Positions 8,501 through 16,242 of a stretch of 28,026 nucleotides of DNA are shown piece by piece. Positions within the stretch are counted from its first letter, which is position 1; every line of letters starts with the position of its first letter. Origin of the DNA: a virus (lineage: Duplodnaviria > Caudoviricetes); IMG/VR virus record IMGVR_UViG_3300020294_000022, positions 1 through 28,026 of that record; one strand, 5' to 3'. Below the pieces are notes generated by a model. The model was not told the DNA's origin. It made no database searches and was given only the letters and a program-made list of their open reading frames with translations. The translations under genes and the position numbers were made by a program.

Positions 8501-11234
8501 ACAAATAAAAAAAGTAGCTGAACAGGATTCAGAACAACTTATGGAGCCTAGAGAGCCTGCTGAAGTTCAGGAAGAAAGAGAGGGCATGGAGCTTCAGAGG
8601 GAGATCATGGAAAAAGAGGGGGTAGAAACAGAACAAGGTGCTAAAAACCTAATAGAGTCTCTAAAAAAATGGGCAAAACTAGGGCTAAATAAATTTTCTA
8701 ACTTAAGAAGTAAGATTGGTCTTGATCCCAAAAGGGGAAATGTTCTTATAACAAGACTTCAGGAGGCTTATAAAGGGGGAATGAAGTCAGAAACTTATGC
8801 TGCATTATCTAGATTTCAAAATATAGAAACTTTAATAAAAAAACTAAGTAAAAGCGACCAAGACAAAGCAAGGGTTGTAAGTGATAAAATACTTAGAGGG
8901 GAGAAAGTAACGCAAGAAGAGTTTTCCTCTTTTGAAGACATATCTAAACTTTCTTCTGACTTTAGATTAGCTATAGATAAACTGAGTCAAGAATTAATAG
9001 ATTTAGGAATTCTTCCTCCGGATTCAGAGCAAAACATATCTGATAATATAGGAGAATATTTAAATAGAGCCTACTTAGCTTTCACAGATCCAAACTACAA
9101 GCCAGACGATATTGTTAGACAAAAAGCAAAAAGATTTTTACAAAAAAATCCTAAAGCAATAATTAAACAAGCCAAACAAAGAGCTAAGGAGGAAGGAATT
9201 AGTCTTAATAAAGCTATTGCAAAACAAGCTGATATTTATTTAGATAGCTTGCTTGAAAAAGATGATTCTGGATCTCCTATGTCCAGAGAGTTTAAGCTTA
9301 ATAAGTCAATATTAAAACAAAAGAAAGGGGTTCCAAAACCTTTAAGAGAATTTTTAGGAGAGATTAAGGATGGTAGGCAGGCGGCTTACATAAGTCACCT
9401 TAAATTAGCGAGCCTTGTTAATACAGCAAGATATCAAAAAGGTATTTTAAATAGCGGACTTGGTAAATTTATATATGAAAAAAACGATCCAAATAGACCA
9501 CCTGATTCTGTTGAAATAAAGGGCAGCGCTTATGATATTTTATCTGGATATTATGCATCTCCTGATGTTGTTGATGCTATTATACCAAAACAGAATTCTT
9601 CAGTTGAAGGGGCCTTAAAAGTTTTAACTGATCTTAACGGGCTAGTAAAAGGATGGAAAACAGTTTATAACCCCACATCTTACCTTAGAAACTACATATC
9701 TACCATGGTAATGCTAGCTACAAGAGGTGATCTTTCTATGAAACACTTTATTGATGCTCACAAAGCTTACTTAAATACATTGAAGGGTAAAAAAGTGTTT
9801 GAAGAAAAAATGTTTGAGTATAAAAAAATGGGAATCGTTGGCCAAAACATTGATGTTGGCGTCATTAAAAGCGCAATGAGAGATAACGATACAGACATGG
9901 AGACTGGTCTTTATAAAAGAATGACAAAAAAAGACGACTCCCAAGAATCAATACTGAGAAGAAGTATAAAATCTATATATAAACTTGGAAAATTAGGCAA
10001 AGGAATACAATTTACTGCTGAAAGGATGCAAACAATATTTCAGGCAGGAGATGATATAGGAAGAATGATGGCCTATGAGAAAAGAAAAGAAGCTCACGCA
10101 GATATGATGTTTGATAAAACGGTTGAGCAACTTGATGATAGTGAACTGAAGCAAGTTCAAGAAGCTGCTGCTGAAGAAATAAAGGATCAATATAACAATT
10201 ATGATAGAGTTCCTCCTTTAATAAAAAAGCTCAGTAGAAACATTTTAGTGGGTTCTTTTGTTCAGTTTCCTGCTGAGATGATAAGAAACACGGCAAACAC
10301 AATAGGGAGTACGATTACGAGGATGAAGGATAAGAACCCTAAAGTAAGAAAAGACGCTAAGACTAGACTTGCCACATTTTTAGGGGCACAATCAGCCCTA
10401 GTTATAGGAACTACATTTTTAGGAGACAGCATCATGGATATGTTTAACATGGACGATGAAGAGGAAGATGAGGTTCAAAGAGTAAAAGATTTGAGAAACG
10501 TAGTAGCGCCCTGGTCTAAAAACCACAAAATCATTGTAAGGAAAATAGGCGATAACAAGTTGAGTTATATAGATGTAAGCGCAAACAATCCTTATAATAT
10601 GATCTCAAGGCTTATTCAAAAAGTTGGTATAGACGGAATAGGGAATAATAATGATACTTACGAGGTGATGTTTGATTTTTTTGGACCATTCTTGGATCAA
10701 GAAATTTTAATCTCGTCAATTCAAGAAAGCGTTAACGGGCAAACTGAATCAGGTAAGCCTTTATTTTTTGATACAGATGGACCAGGAGAAAAGCTTACTA
10801 AAGGAACCGCACATATTCTTAAAGAAATAATGCCCGGATATATGAGGTTTGTACAAAGAGTTACAGACGAAGATAAAAGCACCGTAAATGAACTAATATC
10901 ATTAACTGGATTTAGAACTACAGAGGTAGATCTTGATACGTCTTTATATTTTAAAATGAGAGCAGCGTATAGCGATATGCAAGATCTACAAGCTAGCTAT
11001 AGAATGAATCTTTCAAAAGGAAAAGACACTTATGACGATAGTGCTATAAAATATGGAGAAGCAATAACTAAAGCAAATGAGATTCTTCAGTCCCATATAA
11101 GGTTAGGTTTAGATCCTAAGTTAGCTTATCAGCAAATGAAAAAGATGATGGGTAAAAATCAAAAGTTTAGTAATAACGAGATTAAGGCTATAATCTATGG
11201 AGTTGAGATAGCGTTTAAAGAGGCTAAAAAATAA
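5553..11234 (+). CDS. Large internal virion/ejection protein (gp16-like, about 1893 aa)
   Basis: ATG 5553 (MTDPNQ) follows the upstream TAG by 1 nt and is preferred over 5472. Has Gly/Ala-rich hydrophobic segments, coiled coils and a helical C-terminal region (YNPTSYLRNY, GSFVQFPAEMIRN, VAPWSKN). Last gene of the structural arm. Confidence 0.65.
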   Translation: MTDPNQNGATVDINQEALTLAYNDAFDGGFSGTQAEFFQLLCEDEQAQGWSFESAQLGGFEGSFDDFKGLLSLPDIIEKVDNETPKEDDEVKKKDTFGPLSEEDTRSLSLESEFSSADPNFSVEKSVKFQEEYKKDKYKKAVEYFKDARPDLDFPTKEEYYGVGKAPMLTETSEYKDVTDISADEKRVREEQAKIAQEYREGKRELTPQQSLVNTLHNSLGQLATVDDTFRYMYGVVTNDMKQIGLAEAEMERVDSMAQPTMEFTDGASLTEDPAKFAAAVIDGFSGFATSAIIYNLTGGPYTMGIGLASDMIARSIRDHNKTKAEANKTSVEELHKTGEFEVLIPGSIGVLAYKLEKAGIRGVGTAINRLATKGYSKLAKLLTFGGSQFQEGATEFGQNILEDINNFLASLNVEESKKIYRGRPDLLAEVIGKEFVKSATSRESREAFYKGIAGGAGGTTLGSAYKKVMSVTKSKEETDKQDDLTERILDLEAMERNPSLNESEKEGIKTSKDAALEELKRIQIEAEKMAENYSQEQIDEFVQLREEQVFLNNQLWTTENSKNLNREQKNKVIQNLQDKFQKNVSRVKEIQKEAIEGAKTKKEESPSQPTQEEVLVEEETDPKGRTFKRYATTTEKDGIKTTTYTFNRSDKEASQRSKSIVKPEVAFGERFEVDPESEYNDVIFEDELKVVGVENILENPNPRSDQTQYQSDVVVENKEGGRTTLKGIRLREKTPQPITETESGLILTEEDGSTFVDPEGSSRYAIGETQRTVAVIDSSGKLLGAFDAKTGKKRKTTESSEAELIDQFDYDKGESAFEGLEGVVKDPNELIASRSKNPKEVAKAYIEEKSKKPEEKSEEGDSQLLLDLRENNQRFSLKSLLAEKGNIKELFPGKKINELSDKELRKAKIDLNKNYPGILKWVAKEDKNTNIEDVSRDNYGVEPDDVFEAIKGKSPVPNKVSVTEANLKELFKELTGLKGTDSQIKKVAEQDSEQLMEPREPAEVQEEREGMELQREIMEKEGVETEQGAKNLIESLKKWAKLGLNKFSNLRSKIGLDPKRGNVLITRLQEAYKGGMKSETYAALSRFQNIETLIKKLSKSDQDKARVVSDKILRGEKVTQEEFSSFEDISKLSSDFRLAIDKLSQELIDLGILPPDSEQNISDNIGEYLNRAYLAFTDPNYKPDDIVRQKAKRFLQKNPKAIIKQAKQRAKEEGISLNKAIAKQADIYLDSLLEKDDSGSPMSREFKLNKSILKQKKGVPKPLREFLGEIKDGRQAAYISHLKLASLVNTARYQKGILNSGLGKFIYEKNDPNRPPDSVEIKGSAYDILSGYYASPDVVDAIIPKQNSSVEGALKVLTDLNGLVKGWKTVYNPTSYLRNYISTMVMLATRGDLSMKHFIDAHKAYLNTLKGKKVFEEKMFEYKKMGIVGQNIDVGVIKSAMRDNDTDMETGLYKRMTKKDDSQESILRRSIKSIYKLGKLGKGIQFTAERMQTIFQAGDDIGRMMAYEKRKEAHADMMFDKTVEQLDDSELKQVQEAAAEEIKDQYNNYDRVPPLIKKLSRNILVGSFVQFPAEMIRNTANTIGSTITRMKDKNPKVRKDAKTRLATFLGAQSALVIGTTFLGDSIMDMFNMDDEEEDEVQRVKDLRNVVAPWSKNHKIIVRKIGDNKLSYIDVSANNPYNMISRLIQKVGIDGIGNNNDTYEVMFDFFGPFLDQEILISSIQESVNGQTESGKPLFFDTDGPGEKLTKGTAHILKEIMPGYMRFVQRVTDEDKSTVNELISLTGFRTTEVDLDTSLYFKMRAAYSDMQDLQASYRMNLSKGKDTYDDSAIKYGEAITKANEILQSHIRLGLDPKLAYQQMKKMMGKNQKFSNNEIKAIIYGVEIAFKEAKK

Positions 11235-11262
11235 AAAGGGACCAAAGTAAATTGATCCCTTT
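11226..11262 (-). terminator. Intrinsic terminator at the convergence of the two arms (possibly bidirectional)
   Basis: Minus strand AAAGGGAUCAA-uuuacu-UUGGUCCCUUU (11 bp, one G-U) followed by UUAUUUUUU. Confidence 0.7.
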
Positions 11263-11312
11263 CACCCCAAAAACATATTTAGCCGGACCCCTCTAGCCAA
11301 ATACACCCAAAC

Positions 11313-11762
11313 TTACAATATCTTTTTCAATAAATCAACAACAACCTCACAATCTTTTTGATTCCTAGGCATAAAAAGTACTGGGTCTTGGCCCGTATCT
11401 ACCAGGTGTTTCTTAAATAATTTCCACCTTAAAGGAAACGCTTCGTTTGGATTTCCCTTACACTCTATTATAAACCTTCTTGGCTTCTTGACGTCTATAA
11501 AGTCTGGAGTGTACCTAATAGGTAAGATGTTTTTGTTCCCTTTGTCTTGTAAAATTTTTTTACCTTTAGTTTTTTCGTAACTTGACGCAGGAAAATTAAA
11601 ACCCTTAACGACTTCATATGTCTCCCCTTCGTATAAAACTTTTATTTTTTCTCTTTCTAGCGCTTTGTACATATATAGCTCTAACTTGGAAGCAAACTTA
11701 TGTCCTTTATATGTTACTTTGGTACTCCTGGTGATTTGTTTTCTTTTAGAAAATCTCCTCAT
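11313..11762 (-). CDS. PD-(D/E)xK endonuclease, T7 endonuclease I/DUF1064-like (possible resolvase)
   Basis: FASKLE, YEG, YTPDF, IIECKG, WKLFK motifs. Confidence 0.75.
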   Translation of the reverse strand: MRRFSKRKQITRSTKVTYKGHKFASKLELYMYKALEREKIKVLYEGETYEVVKGFNFPASSYEKTKGKKILQDKGNKNILPIRYTPDFIDVKKPRRFIIECKGNPNEAFPLRWKLFKKHLVDTGQDPVLFMPRNQKDCEVVVDLLKKIL

Positions 11763-12204
11763 TATCTTCTCTTATAGTTAAGATGTCATCAACCCCTAAT
11801 ATTGTATCAAAATAAAACATAGCGTCTTTTTCCGATTTAGCTATGCAGTGTTTTATTTCTTCGTTTTTTACCAATGTGTTTGTTGTTTGAGCTACATACC
11901 TGTTGTATTCTCCTATATCGTTTCTCCAGAGAATTTCAGTTAGGTCTTCATAAAAACCATCATATTCAGCAATAGCAAACACAGCCTGTAGATCTGTGCA
12001 CATAAGTTCGTTTGCTTGCCACTGAACCTCCTCAGAAGTGTATGTTGTTACATTCATATCCATGTCTTTACCAACATTAACGTAGTAGTAATAATCTTCA
12101 TTTTTATACTTTAAAAGCAGACTCATCATAAATAAGCTTGCTGAAAGATATTCGTCAGGGTTTAGACTCCTGTTGAAGACCACTCTCTCTGTGTCTGATC
12201 TCAT
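11746..12204 (-). CDS. Hypothetical protein
   Basis: 152 aa ORF tiling the minus-strand operon. Confidence 0.6.
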   Translation of the reverse strand: MRSDTERVVFNRSLNPDEYLSASLFMMSLLLKYKNEDYYYYVNVGKDMDMNVTTYTSEEVQWQANELMCTDLQAVFAIAEYDGFYEDLTEILWRNDIGEYNRYVAQTTNTLVKNEEIKHCIAKSEKDAMFYFDTILGVDDILTIREDNEEIF

Positions 12205-12448
12205 CTTTGCTCCTTTCTATATAAAGAATGGCGTCCATAAGCTCCTGCTTTAGGTGCTCCATCCACTCAGTCAAAGATAATTCATTTTCATTTAATGTAG
12301 TTCCATATTTTTTTATTCCTAGAGAGCTTCTTTTGTCGAATTGATTTTTTATACTCTCAACCACCGAATCTTTTCTTAGTAAATCTTGCTGTGCAGTTAA
12401 TCGATCAAACTCATTCATCTCGTAGTATTTCTTTATACTATCACTCAT
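12155..12448 (-). CDS. Small all-alpha MazG-like nucleotide pyrophosphohydrolase-type protein
   Basis: R...GIKKYGTTL.......EW.EHL.QELMDAILY pattern (E..D..Y helix). Confidence 0.55.
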   Translation of the reverse strand: MSDSIKKYYEMNEFDRLTAQQDLLRKDSVVESIKNQFDKRSSLGIKKYGTTLNENELSLTEWMEHLKQELMDAILYIERSKDEIRHRESGLQQESKP

Positions 12449-12542
12449 TGTTTAAGATTTTATAAAATATTCTAACTAATCCGATCTCTATTACCCTACA
12501 CAAAACGTAAAATAAAAATCCTTGTATTATTGCTGTTCCCAT
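12441..12542 (-). CDS. 33-aa hydrophobic peptide (not in the ORF track)
   Basis: MGTAIIQGFLFYVLCRVIEIGLVRIFYKILNNE*; starts 1 nt after the upstream stop and overlaps the next start, filling the gap. Confidence 0.5.
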   Translation of the reverse strand: MGTAIIQGFLFYVLCRVIEIGLVRIFYKILNNE

Positions 12543-12543
12543 A

Positions 12544-12762
12544 TCATTTTATTAAAGAGCTATTTTCTTGTTGTTTGGCCTGATCCTCCAGATCCTTTTT
12601 AAGTTTTTCTATAGCCTCTTCATATCCAGGCATCCGTTTTAATGTCTCTAGAGATCCACTCGTTAGGTCTTTAATTGTTTGAATTTGACCCAGCAAAGCC
12701 CTCACTATTCCCCTCAGCTCTCTAACCTCTTTTGACATCTGTATTAAGGTTTGTTCTTTCAT
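12544..12762 (-). CDS. Hypothetical coiled-coil protein
   Basis: 72 aa ORF in the operon. Confidence 0.6.
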   Translation of the reverse strand: MKEQTLIQMSKEVRELRGIVRALLGQIQTIKDLTSGSLETLKRMPGYEEAIEKLKKDLEDQAKQQENSSLIK

Positions 12763-12765
12763 TTT

Positions 12766-13149
12766 TTATTGTGTATTTAGCATATATATAATATAGCCAA
12801 TAATTAAATTTACGTTTATAATAACTAGGTTCCATTGCTTGGCTATCCAGACTTGAGGAGTTAATAATAGGCCTCCAAGAATATATGTGATAGCACCTAT
12901 ATTTCCATAATTTAATATGTAAGGCGAAAGCATTATAAATGCAGAACCCATGTATCCTAATCTGTTTGATAGCCTTTCTTTTGCTGTTAGTCTTCTATCA
13001 TGCACTAATAGTCTTATAAAAGAAGTTTTCCAACGGAACTCACACCTGGAGCATGTTTTTTTGCCCTCATGCTTAAAATATTTATTTTCTTTGCTTTTTT
13101 TGCAAACGTTGCAAATTCTTTTTATTCGCTTATCTTCTGCCATAGCCAT
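12766..13149 (-). CDS. Zn-ribbon plus multi-pass membrane protein
   Basis: CNVC...CSRC followed by about three hydrophobic segments. Confidence 0.6.
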   Translation of the reverse strand: MAMAEDKRIKRICNVCKKSKENKYFKHEGKKTCSRCEFRWKTSFIRLLVHDRRLTAKERLSNRLGYMGSAFIMLSPYILNYGNIGAITYILGGLLLTPQVWIAKQWNLVIINVNLIIGYIIYMLNTQ

Positions 13150-13448
13150 GCTTGTTGCGACCTCGGCCTACACACAACCATGGTCTCATTGCCTATATAG
13201 TAACAAAGGCTGTAAGTGTCTGTTGTATCTTTTCTTACAATACGCAATTCTTTATCTACATACTCTATTGTTCCCGTAGATACAGTTATTTTTTTTCTTG
13301 TACCAACCTCTACGGTGAACCTATTGAAGGTATCATTTTGAGATATCCTTACAAACTCTCCTTCGGTGTTGTACCACAAACCGTATATTTCAGGTGCTTG
13401 TGAGTATAATGTTATACTAAATAATAAGAGTAATAATGTTTTTTTCAT
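13122..13448 (-). CDS. Secreted/periplasmic beta-rich protein with Sec signal peptide
   Basis: MKKTLLLLLFSITLYS|Q signal peptide; I.G.W start resembles a lipocalin-like barrel. Confidence 0.6.
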   Translation of the reverse strand: MKKTLLLLLFSITLYSQAPEIYGLWYNTEGEFVRISQNDTFNRFTVEVGTRKKITVSTGTIEYVDKELRIVRKDTTDTYSLCYYIGNETMVVCRPRSQQAWLWQKISE

Positions 13449-13453
13449 ACAAT

Positions 13454-14608
13454 TTAAAATAGATGGGTGAATCTTGCTACTTGCCCGTGTTCTTTTGAGT
13501 GTATAAAAGCCTCAACTGCTTTTGGAGAATGTTGATACCCATTTCTATGATGCCATGAGTCTGTTCCTGAAGGAGATCTTAAAGCCTCTACTGTAACCCC
13601 GATATAATCTTTAGATACTTTATGGTGAAGATGATGAATATAAACATAGCGGTGCTTTGTTAGGCTCCACATGTCTTTAGACTCCTGAGCCATCAACAAA
13701 GGAAGGTCTTGTTGTTTAGCCCCATCCCCATGAGTGGTTCCTATCAAAGAGTTTCCGTACTGATAGTATTTCCTGTGAGAAATATCAGTGTCGAAGCTTA
13801 TTTGACTACAATTTCTATACCAGGATTTGATCGCATCTGCTAAAAAAAATCCGTTTTGATAGTCGTGATTTGATGGATTATACATTACATGAACATCAGC
13901 TATTTTTACAAGCTCATCTAAAACGTCTATATAGAGCTTCTTAGCCACTAAAAAGTTGTTGTACCACATTCCGTCTGTATCTTGTGGAGTTCCGGCCGTA
14001 GTCGTCCTCTTAGGGGTGTCTATGTGGAGGATATCATTACCCGCAACAAAGACTATTTTATCTATGTTAAAAGATTTAGATTTTTCAATGATTCCAGCCA
14101 CTCCATCTTTAACCCTTTGGACTGCAATTTGGTTGTTGTATTCTTCTCCTGTTTCAAAGCTAGATGCCAACTTCCCAATGTGTATATCAGCAGGATCAAC
14201 AACAAGTAAGCAAGCATCAGAATAGCTTGGTCGCTCAATTTTTTCATAATTAAATGTGTGTTTTTTGATGTCATGCACATGATCTCTCAACATTTCATCA
14301 AAAGTTGGACCTTCATTTTTGCTTGGTTTAAACTGTATAGACCAATGCTTATCTTTGTTCCAGGCTAACCCTACACTCCCAACATTTATACCTCTTTCAT
14401 CACATGCACCAGCTAAAGCAGGGTGCTCTTCTGTTCTTTTCTTTTTATGAAAAGCCCTCCTTATAGCTTCAGTTGTTTGATGTTCAGTTCTTATGTCATC
14501 TTTTATATTATATTTTTCATGTAAAACCTGCGCTATTTTAGCAAAAGAGTATCCGTTTGTTTCTCTCAAAACAACCCCTTCGTCGACTAGTTTATTTAAT
14601 TCAATCAT
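13454..14608 (-). CDS. Calcineurin-like metallophosphoesterase with N-terminal HTH-like region
   Basis: DIHIG, GNDILH, SNHD, THGD and HLHH metal-binding motifs. Confidence 0.85.
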   Translation of the reverse strand: MIELNKLVDEGVVLRETNGYSFAKIAQVLHEKYNIKDDIRTEHQTTEAIRRAFHKKKRTEEHPALAGACDERGINVGSVGLAWNKDKHWSIQFKPSKNEGPTFDEMLRDHVHDIKKHTFNYEKIERPSYSDACLLVVDPADIHIGKLASSFETGEEYNNQIAVQRVKDGVAGIIEKSKSFNIDKIVFVAGNDILHIDTPKRTTTAGTPQDTDGMWYNNFLVAKKLYIDVLDELVKIADVHVMYNPSNHDYQNGFFLADAIKSWYRNCSQISFDTDISHRKYYQYGNSLIGTTHGDGAKQQDLPLLMAQESKDMWSLTKHRYVYIHHLHHKVSKDYIGVTVEALRSPSGTDSWHHRNGYQHSPKAVEAFIHSKEHGQVARFTHLF

Positions 14609-14777
14609 TTGATTTTGTTTGGTTGTGCGTCTTTTCTATCATGTTCTTTAAGTTGAAGAAAGTTTCTTCTATTTTAGATTCGGCATCGGGCAAAAGCAGG
14701 TAAAATTCGAGATCATTACACAGTTTAATTAGTTTTCTTACTACATGTTTTACATACTTTCGCCTTGTCCCTTTCAT
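14601..14777 (-). CDS. 58-aa hypothetical protein (not in the ORF track)
   Basis: MKGTRRKYVKHVVRKLIKLCNDLEFYLLLPDAESKIEETFFNLKNMIEKTHNQTKSND*; ATGA overlap with the upstream gene and overlap with the downstream start. Confidence 0.6.
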   Translation of the reverse strand: MKGTRRKYVKHVVRKLIKLCNDLEFYLLLPDAESKIEETFFNLKNMIEKTHNQTKSND

Positions 14778-15070
14778 ATACTTTTATCCTGGTGAATCAA
14801 ACATTGATCACCAAAAGCGTTGTCTAATTTTTTTATAGACCTGTATATAATCCTAGATTTCTTTTTTGTTTCTTGCTTTTCAGACTTAAGGGAATCAGAC
14901 CCTAAATTCACATACATAAAAGCATCTAACTGAAGAAGGTTATCAATTTTTTCTTTATCCTTAATTGTCTTATAAGACAACAGTTTATCACAAAATCCCT
15001 GAACATCCAGTTCAAATATACTATACTTAGCTCCCCGGAGCCTTTGGTAACGTTTTTGAAAATCATTCAT
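14774..15070 (-). CDS. Hypothetical protein
   Basis: ORF track start is 15115; ATG 15070 (MNDFQ) after an A-rich stretch is preferred, but the start is uncertain. Confidence 0.55.
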   Translation of the reverse strand: MNDFQKRYQRLRGAKYSIFELDVQGFCDKLLSYKTIKDKEKIDNLLQLDAFMYVNLGSDSLKSEKQETKKKSRIIYRSIKKLDNAFGDQCLIHQDKSI

Positions 15071-15121
15071 AGGATTATTTTTGTTAAAATTATAACTTTT
15101 TTTTACAAATACCAAAAGTTA

Positions 15122-15385
15122 TCAAGATGTACGCTTTTTGTGGCTGTTATATTGATGCCTATAAAGTCTCCACATTGCCTTAGAGCACGAGTGTTTATCA
15201 TAAGATTCAGGGGATTCAATTGTTTTTATTTTACCATTATCTACATACTCAAATATAACCTTGAACTCATCACCAAAAACTTTAGGGTAGCACCTGATTC
15301 TGTTTTCCAAACACCAAGACATAGATTCATAGTCCTCTTTAGTAGGAAAATATTCTTCTGTTTTTATTTTTTTTGGTCTACCCAT
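15122..15385 (-). CDS. Hypothetical protein
   Basis: 87 aa with a GRPKK N-terminus. Confidence 0.6.
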   Translation of the reverse strand: MGRPKKIKTEEYFPTKEDYESMSWCLENRIRCYPKVFGDEFKVIFEYVDNGKIKTIESPESYDKHSCSKAMWRLYRHQYNSHKKRTS

Positions 15386-15393
15386 ATTTTTAA

Positions 15394-16242
15394 TTATAAA
15401 CCGCAGTGCCCAGAATCACACTCATTAAAATCGTCTTCAAAAAGCTCTCCCTGTAAATTCCATTTCTGAATATCTTCATACTTAATTTTATCTATTCCGT
15501 TTCGCCAACAGTCGTTTAAATGTTTAATTCCTTCTTTAGATTTAAACCACTCCATTTTATTTGGGTGCCATTCAAATCTTTTTCTTGCTAATATTAAATT
15601 TTGATGAAAGCATCCAACACAATTATTTATCCTTGCAAACCTAACGTTTTTATTTTTCCAGTACTTTTCAATATTATCTTTAAAAATGCCGTCTTTTATG
15701 AGAGGATACGATGGTTTTTGCCACTCTATAATACCCCATTTATTTCTAGTTTTTCTCTTGCCAACAACAGCTTTCATTTCTAACAATCCATTTTTATTTA
15801 GTTTATCGTTCATATTGGCAGCTCTTCTTGTTTCATTGGCCCTAAACCCTATCCTCATTTCTACTGGCGTATTTATTTTTTTTCTCCACCACTCAAATAT
15901 TGGTTCTAATTTTAACTGTGTGGTACAATATCTTCTTGTTACGTTCGGTAAACTGCCCGCACTGTCTAAAACCTTATCAAATGTTTTTCCCGTAACCCAA
16001 GATATTTTTCTACCTATATGTTGTTCTAAGTCAAGCATTGTATAAATAATTATATCATCTTCTGCGGTGGCAATAAATGGTGCTTGTATTCTGTCCTCTA
16101 CCTCTTGTATTATCTTTTTATCAGGAAATCTAGATTCTTCGTGTTCTATCCTCACTAAAGCAAATACATCATAGTCTGCCGGATAGTTTGCTGCTATATA
16201 CGATGAGGTTTTTCCTCCAGATAAACTATTAATTTTTTTCAT
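15394..16242 (-). CDS. PAPS-reductase-like PP-loop (adenine nucleotide alpha-hydrolase) protein with Cys motifs
   Basis: SLSGGKTS PP-loop, RYCTTQLK, IGFRANE..R, NCVGCF, terminal CDSGHC. Confidence 0.8.
   Translation of the reverse strand: MKKINSLSGGKTSSYIAANYPADYDVFALVRIEHEESRFPDKKIIQEVEDRIQAPFIATAEDDIIIYTMLDLEQHIGRKISWVTGKTFDKVLDSAGSLPNVTRRYCTTQLKLEPIFEWWRKKINTPVEMRIGFRANETRRAANMNDKLNKNGLLEMKAVVGKRKTRNKWGIIEWQKPSYPLIKDGIFKDNIEKYWKNKNVRFARINNCVGCFHQNLILARKRFEWHPNKMEWFKSKEGIKHLNDCWRNGIDKIKYEDIQKWNLQGELFEDDFNECDSGHCGL

Noticed and set aside
3404-10450. Short minus-strand ORFs within the structural genes
   Set aside because: Antisense shadows of long ORFs with no recognisable motifs.
15394-16242. 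cysH auxiliary metabolic gene call
   Set aside because: No sulfur pathway context, the CysH terminal ECGLH motif is not matched exactly, and the gene is coupled to the helicase.
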